64,000 nt of DNA from an uncultured Desulfurococcales archaeon (GCA_964564025.1 CAZLZO010000006.1:585-64584); one strand, 5' to 3'; shown: positions 8,962 to 19,458, counted from the stretch's first letter. Made by a program: numbers and translations. The notes: generated by a model not told the origin, from the sequence alone.

Positions 8962-11565
8962 CTAAATATCGCAAGTTAGGCATCCACCTGCATATTCTTC
9001 TGAAGCACTTACGTATTCTTCATTCTTTATCCTAATTTTAGATGATGTAAGCTTAAGTGTTTTTAAACGTTGTTTTAAGCCTTCACCATTTTTAGAGTCG
9101 GTCTTATTTCTACCTTTAGATTTTTCTTCGGAATTTACGCCGAAGTATATTACTTGTTGAGACTTACTCTTATCCCTGTAAACAGTTATTCCTTTACATC
9201 CAAGCTTCCAAGCTAGCATGTAAGCTTTATATACTTCTTCTGGTGGAACTTCAGCTCTCATGTTTATTGTTTTGCTTACTCCTTGGTCAACCCATTGCTG
9301 AAACACTGCTTGGTGAAGAATATGCCATATGGGTTCAATATCATGCGCCGTTCTATATATTCTCTTCAAGCTTAAGGGAATGTTGCTCATGTGAGCTATG
9401 CTGCCTGTCTTAGCTATTTCTTTAAATATTTTCTTATCAACTATTCCATGCTCCATAATGTCCTTCTGAAATAGCCTATTAACTTCTATAAATGTACCTA
9501 CGCTTACATGCCTTACAAAGGCTATTGCGAAAAGCGGTTCAATACTAGAAGTTGTTCCAGCAATTATACTTATACTTCCAGTAGGAGCAATGGACGTTAC
9601 TGCGGCATTTCTTAAACCGATCTTCTTTCTTAATACCTCAACAGTTTCCCAATCGACAAGAGGTCTTTCGTCAACAATTCTCCTCACATAATCTGAAACT
9701 TCATATTTAATATTTGATTTCTCGAAAATTTCCTTGAGAGACATAGCTGTTTTCCATGTAGGCCTATACTTTTCCGGGTCATATCCTGGAAAACTGCCTC
9801 TTCTACCTGCAAGCATAATGGATTCTAAAATAGCGTTATATTCTATCCATTCCATAACGTGATAGGCTAGATATAGTGCGTCTGGTGTGTCGTATGGTAT
9901 TTTTAGTTTTATTAGCGTGTGTGCCCATCCCATTACTCCTAAGCCTATTTTCCTAGTTTTCTTAGTAGCTTCCTCAATCCTAAAATCAGGATACCTATTA
10001 GCATCAATAACATCATCAAGAAATCTAACTGCTAGCTTAACTGTTTCAGCAAGACCTTCCCAATCTATTTTCGTTTGGTTGTTTTCTGTTTTTACGAATT
10101 TTTCTAGGTTTATTGATCCTAAGTTACATGATTCCCAAGGTAAAGCAGGAACCTCACCACAAGGATTAGTAGCATTAATTTTCCCAAGATACCATACTGG
10201 GTGTCTCTTGTTAATAGTGTCTATGAATAGTAAGCCTGGATCTCCAGAGTCCCATGCTGAATAGGCTATTTCGTTAAAAAGCTTCCTAGCGTTAACTTTT
10301 TTAACGATAGCTTTTTCATGTTCTGCTATGGCTAATGCTTCATCGAACGTTAGGATTGTTGTTTCTGAAAGAAGTATTGAGCCTCCCTTTTCCTCAAGTT
10401 CCTCAAGTATTTCTTTTTGTACCCACTCCTCTTCTATACTGTGTCTAGCTTTGACTATTCCATAATACTTAGAATTGTGGCCTAGGTCCTTATCTAAAAG
10501 TGTTTTTCTAGGGTTAATAAGTGGCCATTCTTCATCTTTTTCGATAGCTTCAAAAAATCTATCATAAACCCCCACTGATATGTTGAAGTTTTGCAGATTG
10601 ATGTCCTTTAATTTCCCGGATTTTGCTTTAATGAATTTTTCAATGTCAGCATGCCAAATATGTAGAACTCCCATGTTAGCTCCACGTCTTCTACCTCCTT
10701 GCTTAATAACGTCTGTTGCTACATCAAACATTCTCATAAAGCTTAGTGGACCTGATGCTACACCAGCTGTTGAAGCTACGACGTCTCCTTCAGGCCTTAG
10801 CTCTGAAAAATCCCATCCTGTTCCACCACCAGACTTCTGAATGAGTGCCATTGCCCTTAGGGAATCCATTATGCCTTCTCCTTCAGGTGTAGTCATGGCG
10901 TCTCTTATTGGAAGAACAAAGCATGCTGAGAGAACGCCAACTTTTGTTCCGGCATTCATGAGTGTTGGTGAATTCGGAATAAACTTAAGATCGCTAAGTA
11001 TTCTATAGAATTCCTCTTCAACCTTAGCTATTTCTTCCTCGGAGGCTCCATAAAGTTTTTCAATAGAGGCTAAATGCTTAGCAACTCTTCTAAAAAGCAT
11101 TTGCGGAGTTTCGATAATCCTTAATGTTTCAGAATTCTTAAGTAAATAGCGTCTTTCTAAAAGCTTTATTGCATTAAATGTTAATTTAAGATCTTTCTTA
11201 TCTAAAAGCTTATTTACGAAGCCTGCCTCTTTATAAATACGTTTTAAAGTATATGCTTTAGCTAATTCTTCGTATAGAGGTTTCTCAATGCTTGACTCTA
11301 TAAGTGTTCTCTCAATGATGTCGGAAATTTCCTTCGAAAAAATTCTTCCACCGTTAGATTTTGCTCTCTCATAAACCTCCTTAGAAATTTTCCTTGCAAG
11401 AGAGTGTATATCTATAGGTATTGGTTGCCCTGTTACAACAGACAGTTCAACCAGAGTATTTTCTAGACTCCTCTCAATTTTCTCCATAAGGAATTTTTCA
11501 ACACTTCCATCAGATTTAATAACCTCTACTCTACTCTCCCCCGCCTCCGCAACCCTAACCTCCAT
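8962..11565 (-). CDS. nrdJ: class II (AdoCbl-dependent) ribonucleotide reductase with N-terminal ATP cone
   Basis: V.KSDG..E.F ATP cone, [50 protein letters not shown]-terminal CxxC. Confidence 0.95.
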   Translation of the reverse strand: MEVRVAEAGESRVEVIKSDGSVEKFLMEKIERSLENTLVELSVVTGQPIPIDIHSLARKISKEVYERAKSNGGRIFSKEISDIIERTLIESSIEKPLYEELAKAYTLKRIYKEAGFVNKLLDKKDLKLTFNAIKLLERRYLLKNSETLRIIETPQMLFRRVAKHLASIEKLYGASEEEIAKVEEEFYRILSDLKFIPNSPTLMNAGTKVGVLSACFVLPIRDAMTTPEGEGIMDSLRAMALIQKSGGGTGWDFSELRPEGDVVASTAGVASGPLSFMRMFDVATDVIKQGGRRRGANMGVLHIWHADIEKFIKAKSGKLKDINLQNFNISVGVYDRFFEAIEKDEEWPLINPRKTLLDKDLGHNSKYYGIVKARHSIEEEWVQKEILEELEEKGGSILLSETTILTFDEALAIAEHEKAIVKKVNARKLFNEIAYSAWDSGDPGLLFIDTINKRHPVWYLGKINATNPCGEVPALPWESCNLGSINLEKFVKTENNQTKIDWEGLAETVKLAVRFLDDVIDANRYPDFRIEEATKKTRKIGLGVMGWAHTLIKLKIPYDTPDALYLAYHVMEWIEYNAILESIMLAGRRGSFPGYDPEKYRPTWKTAMSLKEIFEKSNIKYEVSDYVRRIVDERPLVDWETVEVLRKKIGLRNAAVTSIAPTGSISIIAGTTSSIEPLFAIAFVRHVSVGTFIEVNRLFQKDIMEHGIVDKKIFKEIAKTGSIAHMSNIPLSLKRIYRTAHDIEPIWHILHQAVFQQWVDQGVSKTINMRAEVPPEEVYKAYMLAWKLGCKGITVYRDKSKSQQVIYFGVNSEEKSKGRNKTDSKNGEGLKQRLKTLKLTSSKIRIKNEEYVSASEEYAGGCLTCDI

Positions 11566-11799
11566 GAACTACACCATAATCGTTATGAATTAAATGTAAG
11601 CTCACACCATGGGCAACATAATCTATCTCATGGTAGGATATTTAAAGTTTTGACACTTCAGCAAAACAGTATTACATGATGATCATTTCTCTTTAGACCT
11701 ATATAGATATATTTATTCAGAGAATTCTGTATAAAAATCCTCTGAAATGAGGTAGCGTAATACCTTAAGGAAGAGACCTACGAGAGGTAGCCAAGTTTT

Positions 11800-13029
11800 C
11801 TAAGGTATTTCGTTATAAAAGTGCTTAATGACCTTTACTATAGCCTCAGCTATAGCTTCAATATCGCTAAGAGGTGTTATAGGGTCTGTATATAGGCTTA
11901 AGCATTTTCTTGAAACTTCTTCAGCTATAGGTGTTTTTACTCCATCATAGCTTACATAGTTTCCTCCATAAAATGGGCATTTCCATGGGCATCCCTTGCC
12001 GTGGCCTATGAGGTTTTTCATAAAGGGGTGTTCGTATACTACCCTAGGGTACATTATCGATATTGGTGCTCCTTCGGCCCTAATGGCTTTGAATATTTCG
12101 TCTCTACGTTTAGCAAGCTTACTCTCCCTTAGTATTATTTCGAAAATGCTCCAGGAACTACTAACATACTTTCTCTCTCTTGGAAGTCTTAGCATATTTG
12201 AGTATTCGCTCAGTATTTCCATGTACTTTTTCGCTCTAATCCTACGTTCCATATTGAATTTTTCAAGCTTTCTTAACTGATTAAGGGCTAGTGCTGCTTG
12301 CATTTCGGTCATTCTAAAGTTGAAACCTAGAATTTCGCTAAAATATCTCGTCTTCTCTCCATGGCTTCTTATAAGACGTGCTTTCTCGGCAAGTTCATCA
12401 TTGTTTGTAGTAACTACTCCTCCTTCACCGGCTGTAATGTTTTTTGTAGCATATAGGCTGAAAGCCGCTATGTCCCCTAATGAACCAGTGTATTTGCCTT
12501 TATATTTTGCTCCAATGGCTTGCGCTGAATCCTCTATTAAGTAAATACCCTTTTTCTCAGCTATTTCTCTTAATTCATCTATTTCCGCTGGGTGTCCGAA
12601 AAGATGTACAGCAATTATTGCCTTAGTTCTATTGGTTACTTTTTTTCGGACATCTTCAGGATCTATGGTGAGTGTTTCGGGATCTATATCCGCAAAAACG
12701 GGTATTGCATTAGCGTAAACTATGCTTGTTACGGTCGATGTAAATGTAAATGATGGAACAATGACTTCGTCTCCTGGGCCTACATCACACGCCTTTAATG
12801 CAATGTAAAGTGCTACTGAGCCGTTAGCGACAGCTATGGCATGTTTTACACCTACTTTTGTAGCGAATTCCTTTTCAAAAGTCCTTCCATGCTCTCCAGC
12901 AAGCATTGAAAGTAAACGGGATTTAAGAACTTTAACGACGGCTTCTATATCGTCCTCCTCTATTGTTGGACCAACAGGTATTTTATGTTTAATAAGGGGT
13001 TCTCCACCATAAAGTGCAAGTTTTTCCAA
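11800..13029 (-). CDS. DegT/DnrJ/EryC1/StrS PLP-dependent aminotransferase
   Basis: NGSVAL, GDEVIVP.FTF, EDSAQA.G, SLYATKNIT.GEGG, GFNFRM. Confidence 0.93.
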   Translation of the reverse strand: MEKLALYGGEPLIKHKIPVGPTIEEDDIEAVVKVLKSRLLSMLAGEHGRTFEKEFATKVGVKHAIAVANGSVALYIALKACDVGPGDEVIVPSFTFTSTVTSIVYANAIPVFADIDPETLTIDPEDVRKKVTNRTKAIIAVHLFGHPAEIDELREIAEKKGIYLIEDSAQAIGAKYKGKYTGSLGDIAAFSLYATKNITAGEGGVVTTNNDELAEKARLIRSHGEKTRYFSEILGFNFRMTEMQAALALNQLRKLEKFNMERRIRAKKYMEILSEYSNMLRLPRERKYVSSSWSIFEIILRESKLAKRRDEIFKAIRAEGAPISIMYPRVVYEHPFMKNLIGHGKGCPWKCPFYGGNYVSYDGVKTPIAEEVSRKCLSLYTDPITPLSDIEAIAEAIVKVIKHFYNEIP

Positions 13030-13063
13030 AACTAAAACACCTTAAAGTTAATGTATACTCCGC

Positions 13064-13351
13064 TTATACATGTGTTTTTCTAAGAATAAAACCTAGAATC
13101 ATTATTGCCAGTGCCAATAGGAGAAGCACTATCATGACCATTTCGCTATGGGGGCCGAAAGCAAAACCTATGGGTATGAAGCCGAAAATTACTAAGACCC
13201 CTCCAGAAACGTTAACATTGCTAGGTGCTTGCTGCTGCGCTGTAAAAGCTAGGAAAATTGTTGAAGCAAAAACTATTATGAAGCCAATTATGATGAGCAG
13301 TATTCCTAAACCTATTAGCTTACCTATGGTATTGCTGTGGATTTCACCCAA
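13064..13351 (-). CDS. DUF131/TIGR00304-like small membrane protein
   Basis: TM helix, GGVLVIFGFIPIGFAFG hairpin, TM helix. Confidence 0.75.
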   Translation of the reverse strand: MGEIHSNTIGKLIGLGILLIIIGFIIVFASTIFLAFTAQQQAPSNVNVSGGVLVIFGFIPIGFAFGPHSEMVMIVLLLLALAIMILGFILRKTHV

Positions 13352-13358
13352 GATTTAT

Positions 13359-13700
13359 TCACCTATAGAGGTTTAAACTTATGTATGGTAGAAGGTAAAA
13401 TAGTATAACTATTAGAAATAGAATGATAGCTAAAATCATAACGACTTTTGCTGCTCGCTCACTACTACCTATAACTATGGGTATTGGACCTATAATTATG
13501 ACCCCGCCGCCTTCTGCTTTAGTTTCTCCTTTACCTATAGATTTTAAGATACCGTAGATTAATGCGAAGAATATTATGAAGAAACCTATGAATATTACCA
13601 CTATTCCTAAGGTAAGTAGTTCACCATACGTTAACGATGTAGTATACATTTTCTTGCTCACCTCAAATTGTCGGTGTTTACCGTTAGCTTTATCTCCCAA
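13359..13700 (-). CDS. DUF131/TIGR00304 family membrane protein
   Basis: GGGVIIIGPIPIVIGS signature. Confidence 0.85.
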   Translation of the reverse strand: MGDKANGKHRQFEVSKKMYTTSLTYGELLTLGIVVIFIGFFIIFFALIYGILKSIGKGETKAEGGGVIIIGPIPIVIGSSERAAKVVMILAIILFLIVILFYLLPYISLNLYR

Positions 13701-13741
13701 CAGTATCTATGTAACTATAGCTTTGGGGTGCCTCTTAAAAA

Positions 13742-14953
13742 GTGTCACCCGTAAAACTACCCACACATATTAAGTATAGGGCAATTCCTGTAAGAAAAAT
13801 TTTAACTGATATGAAGAACTTCTCGAGCTTAATAATAGACTTAGCGTACTATGCTTTGGTGTATAATGATAAGAAGCTTGCTAATGAAGTTTTGAGAATA
13901 GAGGAATATATTGATGAGCTATGGAATTTACTGGTTATGCAAGCTTCGCTTTCAGTAAGGGATGCTGAAGACGCTGAATCAATGGTTGGGGTTATGAAGC
14001 TTGCTTCAGCAACGAACAAAATATCTGATGCCGCTGGAGATTTAGCTGTGCTAACTCTGCTAAATATGCCTTTACATGACTCAGTAAGGGTTGCTATTAT
14101 TAGTGGCGAAGAAGTTGTTTCTAGAATAAAAATACGTGAAGGAAGTGTAATAGCAAATAAAACAATAGGAAATGTTTTTTCACAATTAAACATAGCGTTA
14201 GATATTATAGCTGCGAGAAAGGGGCACTCATGGACCTTTAGCCCTATGGAAAGCTATGTTCTAGAAACAGGTGACGTAATAATAGTTAGAGGACCTAGGG
14301 AAGCCGTAAATAAGTTAAGACATGAAGCTAAAGATAAAATTACACGTGAAGAAAAAGTAGAGCATGTTGAAACAGCTGAAAAAGAAATAGCTAGAGAACT
14401 CATAGCTTTAAAGGATCTAGGAGAATTCATGCTTGACTTAGCATACTTAGCTATAATAACAAACAATAAGGACTTAGCTCTTGAAGTTCTAGAGCTTGAA
14501 GAATACATTGATCAAACACACATAGATTTGGAAAGAAAGGTTATAACTAAGCTTAAAAACGCAAATCCCGAGGAAATAGTGACTATTCTAAGAACAATAA
14601 TTAGTTTTGAAAACATAGCTGACGCTGCAGCTGAAATAGCAGGCATAGTTGTTTCAGAAATACCCCCACATCCAATACTTAAAACGGTAATTGAAGAATC
14701 AGAGGAAAGAGTAGTAATAGTTCAAGTCCCAAAGGAACTTGAGAATAAAAGGATAAGTGATTTAAACCTTAGCTTACATGGTGCAGTAATAGTTGCTTTA
14801 AGGAGAAACCATGAATGGATACTTAACCCAAGTGACGATGTGGTTTTGAGAAGCGGAGATAGGCTTATAGTTAGGTTTTATAAGGAAAGTAGTAAGCAAG
14901 TTAGAGAAGCTTTAAAAGTAAGTGAAGACATTTGGGAGAAACGTTTTAAATAA
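13742..14953 (+). CDS. PhoU + TrkA-C domain protein, internally duplicated (COG3273-like)
   Basis: Two repeats of ..DLAY.A....K.LA.EVL..EEYID followed by TrkA-C (P.....L..GD.IIVR). Confidence 0.85.
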   Translation: MSPVKLPTHIKYRAIPVRKILTDMKNFSSLIIDLAYYALVYNDKKLANEVLRIEEYIDELWNLLVMQASLSVRDAEDAESMVGVMKLASATNKISDAAGDLAVLTLLNMPLHDSVRVAIISGEEVVSRIKIREGSVIANKTIGNVFSQLNIALDIIAARKGHSWTFSPMESYVLETGDVIIVRGPREAVNKLRHEAKDKITREEKVEHVETAEKEIARELIALKDLGEFMLDLAYLAIITNNKDLALEVLELEEYIDQTHIDLERKVITKLKNANPEEIVTILRTIISFENIADAAAEIAGIVVSEIPPHPILKTVIEESEERVVIVQVPKELENKRISDLNLSLHGAVIVALRRNHEWILNPSDDVVLRSGDRLIVRFYKESSKQVREALKVSEDIWEKRFK

Positions 14954-15089
14954 TAATTTCCTCTTAAAGAACCTCTAACTTAAGAGCTGGGGAATTGGGG
15001 AAATTTTTAAACTACAGCTTTAAAAGGTTTCGAAATATCTTTATAAAGTAATACTTAAGAGTAACACTAGTGTAGGGTGGTCTGTAGCT

Positions 15090-15383
15090 GTGCTTGACGA
15101 AGAAGAGTTCGAAATAATGAGTAAATACCTCAGCGATATGCTTGATGATATAGTTGAAAGGTACAGGTATAATGTCGATTTAGACGAAGAGTATGAGGAA
15201 TTACTTGAATTCATTTATAGAAATATTGTGAGAGTGTGGTTTAGAGGTAGAAGGCCTTCTCCCACAGAGTTAGAAGCTAAATTGAGAGAAATTAGGAGAA
15301 GGGAAAAGAGGAAATTATCTATTCTTCTAAGCTACTATATTAGCAAGTATATTAGGACAAAGAACGTACTTACTTTACGCTAG
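15090..15383 (+). CDS. hypothetical protein
   Basis: ORF track, GTG start. Confidence 0.75.
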   Translation: MLDEEEFEIMSKYLSDMLDDIVERYRYNVDLDEEYEELLEFIYRNIVRVWFRGRRPSPTELEAKLREIRRREKRKLSILLSYYISKYIRTKNVLTLR

Positions 15384-16030
15384 CTTAAAGTTCTTAATAA
15401 TTCTCTATTAGCTTTGAAAATTTTGTATAGCAAGTAAAAACTTAGTATTAAAGTCGCGTATGAAGTAAGCAATACATGTATCCCTAGATAAAGTGTATTA
15501 CTTGGAAAACTTAAACCAATACTTACCCTACGTAGGATAAGTGTACCATATTTCTCTAACACGTACACTCCATTCACTTTTCTATAGTAAAGTTTGTCAC
15601 CGTAATAATCGACTACTATAAAGGATGATTCATTAACGTGAATAACAGTACCGTAAAAGTCAAGTAATGGAACTTCTGAGCCCTTTTCAGGTTTCTCATT
15701 AAACCAGAGTATAGTATATATTCCTGAGAAACCAATGACTCCTTCATCTATGCTGTAATATATTTTTCTTGTAGGAATTTCAACAAAATATTCAAGTTCC
15801 CTGCCTCTAAAGATCTTTAAAACTTTAGCTAAAACTTTAGAGTCAGAAATAATTACTTCTGAAACTTTAAACTCTATTTTAGTTTCATTTTGCTTAAATA
15901 GAAGATATTTAGGAACTTGAACCTTACCATACATGGACTCATTAATGTTCAGTGCGTAATATATGTAAGGCAAAGTCATCATAGCTGCTAACGTTAAGCA
16001 TGCCACTATGAAAATGAGCTTAGCGTTCAA
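15380..16030 (-). CDS. membrane-anchored hypothetical protein
   Basis: N- and C-terminal hydrophobic helices. Confidence 0.75.
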   Translation of the reverse strand: MNAKLIFIVACLTLAAMMTLPYIYYALNINESMYGKVQVPKYLLFKQNETKIEFKVSEVIISDSKVLAKVLKIFRGRELEYFVEIPTRKIYYSIDEGVIGFSGIYTILWFNEKPEKGSEVPLLDFYGTVIHVNESSFIVVDYYGDKLYYRKVNGVYVLEKYGTLILRRVSIGLSFPSNTLYLGIHVLLTSYATLILSFYLLYKIFKANRELLRTLS

Positions 16031-17174
16031 TTACGTCACCTATTATTACGATAATTGACAAAGATAATGTAATGATAATAATTAATGGGAAAATCGAAAC
16101 CGATATTGCCAGGAAGTCTACGCTTGATTTCTCTAATATTTTAAATTGAGGTTTTGGTTTAACAGATATTTCAATTGTGAGTGTTAAATTACCTAAATTT
16201 ATTGCTGAAGAAGATCCTGGAACCCAGTTTTCTTTAGGATCATAGATAACGTCTTCATTAAGGTTTAAATTATTTATAGACTTTACTCCTGAGTCTACGA
16301 GTAAACAAATGTATTTTGGCGAAATATCTCCCGGAGCTCCTCTTAAATAACCTGGACCTACAGTTACTTCGTAAGGAACCCATCCTACATCCTCAATGTA
16401 TATTATAGGCCATGCATGTCCAACAACTTCATATTCTTTAAACTCACTATTCCATTCATGTGCAACATAGCCTACGCATCTAAGTGTAGGTATTCCTAAG
16501 TATCTTGAAAAAACTATGAACGCATCAGAATACTCACTACAATCTCCCATGCTTCTATTTAGTGCTTCAAAAATGTTCTGTCTACCGCCGGGTATAGGCC
16601 TATATTTGAGTTTTTCAGAAACATAACCTCTAATCATGCTAAGTACTTCTTTAAGCCTTAATTTTTTCAATTCATCAACTGAAGTTAAATTGTATTTCCT
16701 AACAAAGTCTTTTAGGAAAATGTTAAATCTAGGGTCAGAATAGTTCCACCAATAAGTTGGTTTTACCAAGTCCCCATAGTTTCTAAGGTTTTTACGAATA
16801 CTTCTCAAGTAATCTTCAAAGGTTACATTAAGTTTCTCTAAGATTATCTCATTATCATATGATCCTATGGTTAAAACGTAAGCTTTAGCTTCGGTTTTTA
16901 AGGAGTTAAAGCCCTTAATTCTTATATAGCCTCCGGTATTGTTAGGTTCTACTATTCCGTTGCCTTTCTTTGCTGTAACGTTAACGTTTAATGTTTCTTG
17001 CCAACTAAGCTTAGGTGGAAGAGGCACATTTATTGTGAAATTGTCTTCACCACTTATTTCCACATAGTAGCTTAGCTCGTAAACTACAGGCATTTTAAAT
17101 GCTGAAGTAATATAAGGGAGTGTGAGAAATAAGGCTAACACTATTAATGTTGCATAGGGAAGCTTCTTTCTCAT
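16020..17174 (-). CDS. transglutaminase-like domain protein, secreted with C-terminal anchor
   Basis: GDCSEYS (Cys), GHAW (His), GWVPYEVT (Asp/Glu position); signal-like N-terminus, C-terminal TM. Confidence 0.88.
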   Translation of the reverse strand: MRKKLPYATLIVLALFLTLPYITSAFKMPVVYELSYYVEISGEDNFTINVPLPPKLSWQETLNVNVTAKKGNGIVEPNNTGGYIRIKGFNSLKTEAKAYVLTIGSYDNEIILEKLNVTFEDYLRSIRKNLRNYGDLVKPTYWWNYSDPRFNIFLKDFVRKYNLTSVDELKKLRLKEVLSMIRGYVSEKLKYRPIPGGRQNIFEALNRSMGDCSEYSDAFIVFSRYLGIPTLRCVGYVAHEWNSEFKEYEVVGHAWPIIYIEDVGWVPYEVTVGPGYLRGAPGDISPKYICLLVDSGVKSINNLNLNEDVIYDPKENWVPGSSSAINLGNLTLTIEISVKPKPQFKILEKSSVDFLAISVSIFPLIIIITLSLSIIVIIGDVIER

Positions 17175-17243
17175 AGCTATCAGCTAGCATCTATAGCAAA
17201 TATATCTCGGGAAAATAAGTATTACTTAGGGGTTAAAAAAGAA

Positions 17244-18131
17244 GTGGCTAAAAGCAAGAATAATAGCAGTAAGCAAAGGAGGAAGACAAGAAAAAAGCGT
17301 ATTAAGGTTGATGCTCGCAGCTTAGTTGAACCCATAATTGACGATGTAATTAACGCGTTGGGCATAGATTACTTAGATCTTTCAGAAAAAGAAAAGAAGG
17401 AAATAGCATTCACTATCGTTGAAGAGTTAACGTCATCTATAAGCTATAGGCCTTCTAAAAGCGCGCTTCTCTCACGTATTTCAAGACTCAAAATTAGATT
17501 AGCTCCCCTAGTTGCAGAGAAACTTCTTGAAAAGAAAAAGACGCTTTCTGAAGAAATATTAGACTATGTAATAAATTATGGAGGACCGGTAGCAGCAGCT
17601 TATGTTAGAAGGCTTTATGCTAAAGCTAAAGAGTATGATAGAGATGATTTGATAAGTATTTTAAGAAGTATTTGGGAAACCTATGGTAGGCCACTACCTA
17701 TTAAGTGTCCCTACTGTGGTTTCGCATCAATACAGCCTAGTCTCACTTGTTTCGTATGCGGTAAGAAGATAGGTGTTTCAGAACTTAAGGAAGCAATAGA
17801 TTTTGAAGCTTTACTTGAAATGTTTGTAGATGTAGCAACACTTGATGACGTAAAAAGGATTGAAGAAAACCAAGCATTAATATATGATCCTAAGGAGGGT
17901 TTAAAAACAAAGAAGGGTTCTCTTGATAGAATACAGTATATTATTCCACTGAGTGAAAAGGAGGTTAAGGAAATTATTGAGAAAATAGAAGACAAGTTTA
18001 AACCAAAACCTAAAATAGAAGAGAAAATTGAAGAAGTAATTAAGGTATTTAAGGAAGAAGCTAAGAAAATTGAAGAGAAAAGAGAAGTAAAAACAACACT
18101 AGACATGTTTCTAAAGAAAGAGGAGAAATAA
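17244..18131 (+). CDS. hypothetical protein with basic N-terminus and Zn ribbon
   Basis: CPYCG...CFVC; Lys/Arg-rich N-terminus. Confidence 0.8.
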   Translation: MAKSKNNSSKQRRKTRKKRIKVDARSLVEPIIDDVINALGIDYLDLSEKEKKEIAFTIVEELTSSISYRPSKSALLSRISRLKIRLAPLVAEKLLEKKKTLSEEILDYVINYGGPVAAAYVRRLYAKAKEYDRDDLISILRSIWETYGRPLPIKCPYCGFASIQPSLTCFVCGKKIGVSELKEAIDFEALLEMFVDVATLDDVKRIEENQALIYDPKEGLKTKKGSLDRIQYIIPLSEKEVKEIIEKIEDKFKPKPKIEEKIEEVIKVFKEEAKKIEEKREVKTTLDMFLKKEEK

Positions 18132-18132
18132 G

Positions 18133-18492
18133 GTGTTAATTGAAGAAATAAGTCCAAGCCAATTAGAGAAAGTGGTTAGGGAAAACAAAATAGTTCTCAT
18201 AGAATACGTTAGCAAGGAGAAAAGGGAATCAAGATATTTTCACTCATTAATCAAGGATTTTTCATTTAAAGTACTTAATCAAATAAAGATAGTTTCGATA
18301 AATTTAGATAAGCATCCTGAAATTAAAGAAAGAGAAAACATTGTTTTCCTACCTCACTTAAAACTTTACTTTAACGGAGAAAACATTTGGGAGCAAGAAG
18401 GATGCTTCATGGATTATACTAAGGATATGTTTGTACTTAGGAGAGGCATAAGGGAAGCATTGAAAAGTAAAGGTCTTAAAATAAAAATTTAA
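18133..18492 (+). CDS. thioredoxin-fold protein lacking CxxC
   Basis: Trx-like pattern (INLDKHPEI...IVFLPHLKLYFNG), no redox motif. Confidence 0.65.
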   Translation: MLIEEISPSQLEKVVRENKIVLIEYVSKEKRESRYFHSLIKDFSFKVLNQIKIVSINLDKHPEIKERENIVFLPHLKLYFNGENIWEQEGCFMDYTKDMFVLRRGIREALKSKGLKIKI

Positions 18493-19331
18493 CATTCACA
18501 AGACTTATGAACGCTGCATAAATCGTTTTTTACAGGTGTTCCACAGAAGCTACAGTGCCCTGTAAAGCCGTATTCTTTCAGGAGTTTTTCAACTAAAATT
18601 TCACTCATTTTCAAAATTGAATCTACAAGCTCAAAATGCCCACAATATAATTCTTCAATGTATTGCATAGCTGCACAAAATATCTTATTAAAAAATACTT
18701 TATTCCTTAGTGAATATATGTTATTAAATAATCCCTTGTAGAAACCGTATATAATGAGTTCTTTGGTTTTAATTCTTCTAAAGGGCTTAATAAAGTAAAT
18801 GTTGTACTTTGAAACATAAAGTTTAGGCATAGTTTCGCCCATAACCTCTAAATTGAACTTTAAAAAACCATACATAAAATATGCTACTTCAAAATCCAAA
18901 GTTATTGGCAACACTATTTTCTCTACACCTACTCTAAGTGCCTCCATTAGGGCATATTCTCTTTTCACTCTAAAGTTCTTCAGAAAATCATTACTTCTTG
19001 GATAGTTAAATACGAGTTTTCCTTCAACTTTCTCTAAAAGCTCCTCTTTAAGCTTAAGAGTTAAGGGAATAAGTACGTATAGTTTTGAGGGATAATTTTT
19101 CTCTATTTTCTCCAAAAGCTTAAATGATGCAGTTGAAATTAGGGGGAATTCTTCAAAAAATAGAAAACCTATTTTATCTTTGGGATTGAGCATTTTCCAC
19201 TTACTTATCTCACGCTTAACCTGTTTTATTAGGCTCTTCTCTAAGCACTGCAGACATAATTTTTCTCCAGATTCTCTTCTAAAATATACTGCATTTCTTA
19301 ACTTACAAGAGCTGCATTTGGGAGATTGCAT
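18489..19331 (-). CDS. TtuA/Ncs6-like protein, PP-loop degenerate
   Basis: N-terminal C..C...AVYFR..SGEKLC..C, KP.R.I...E...Y, C-terminal C..CG....LC; SGGKDS absent. Confidence 0.7.
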   Translation of the reverse strand: MQSPKCSSCKLRNAVYFRRESGEKLCLQCLEKSLIKQVKREISKWKMLNPKDKIGFLFFEEFPLISTASFKLLEKIEKNYPSKLYVLIPLTLKLKEELLEKVEGKLVFNYPRSNDFLKNFRVKREYALMEALRVGVEKIVLPITLDFEVAYFMYGFLKFNLEVMGETMPKLYVSKYNIYFIKPFRRIKTKELIIYGFYKGLFNNIYSLRNKVFFNKIFCAAMQYIEELYCGHFELVDSILKMSEILVEKLLKEYGFTGHCSFCGTPVKNDLCSVHKSCEC

Positions 19332-19458
19332 TTCCCTATCGTATTTTAGATTTGTTCAATATGGAAATAAGTGTTTAGAGTAAAAGTTATATAGAAGTGC
19401 TCGCTACTTGAGAATGGATTATGGGTAATCAATGTTTTTAGATGAGGTGACGGCGTAA

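Noticed and set aside
10300-10520. Insertion in NrdJ suspected to be an intein
   Set aside because: No Cys/Ser start, His-Asn end or LAGLIDADG motif; most likely a lineage-specific loop
11676-11792. ATGATGA...CTGA and small hairpins upstream of nrdJ (possible C/D sRNA or riboswitch)
   Set aside because: Putative guides are AT-rich with no recognisable rRNA/tRNA complement, D' and C' are unclear, and no cobalamin riboswitch core is present
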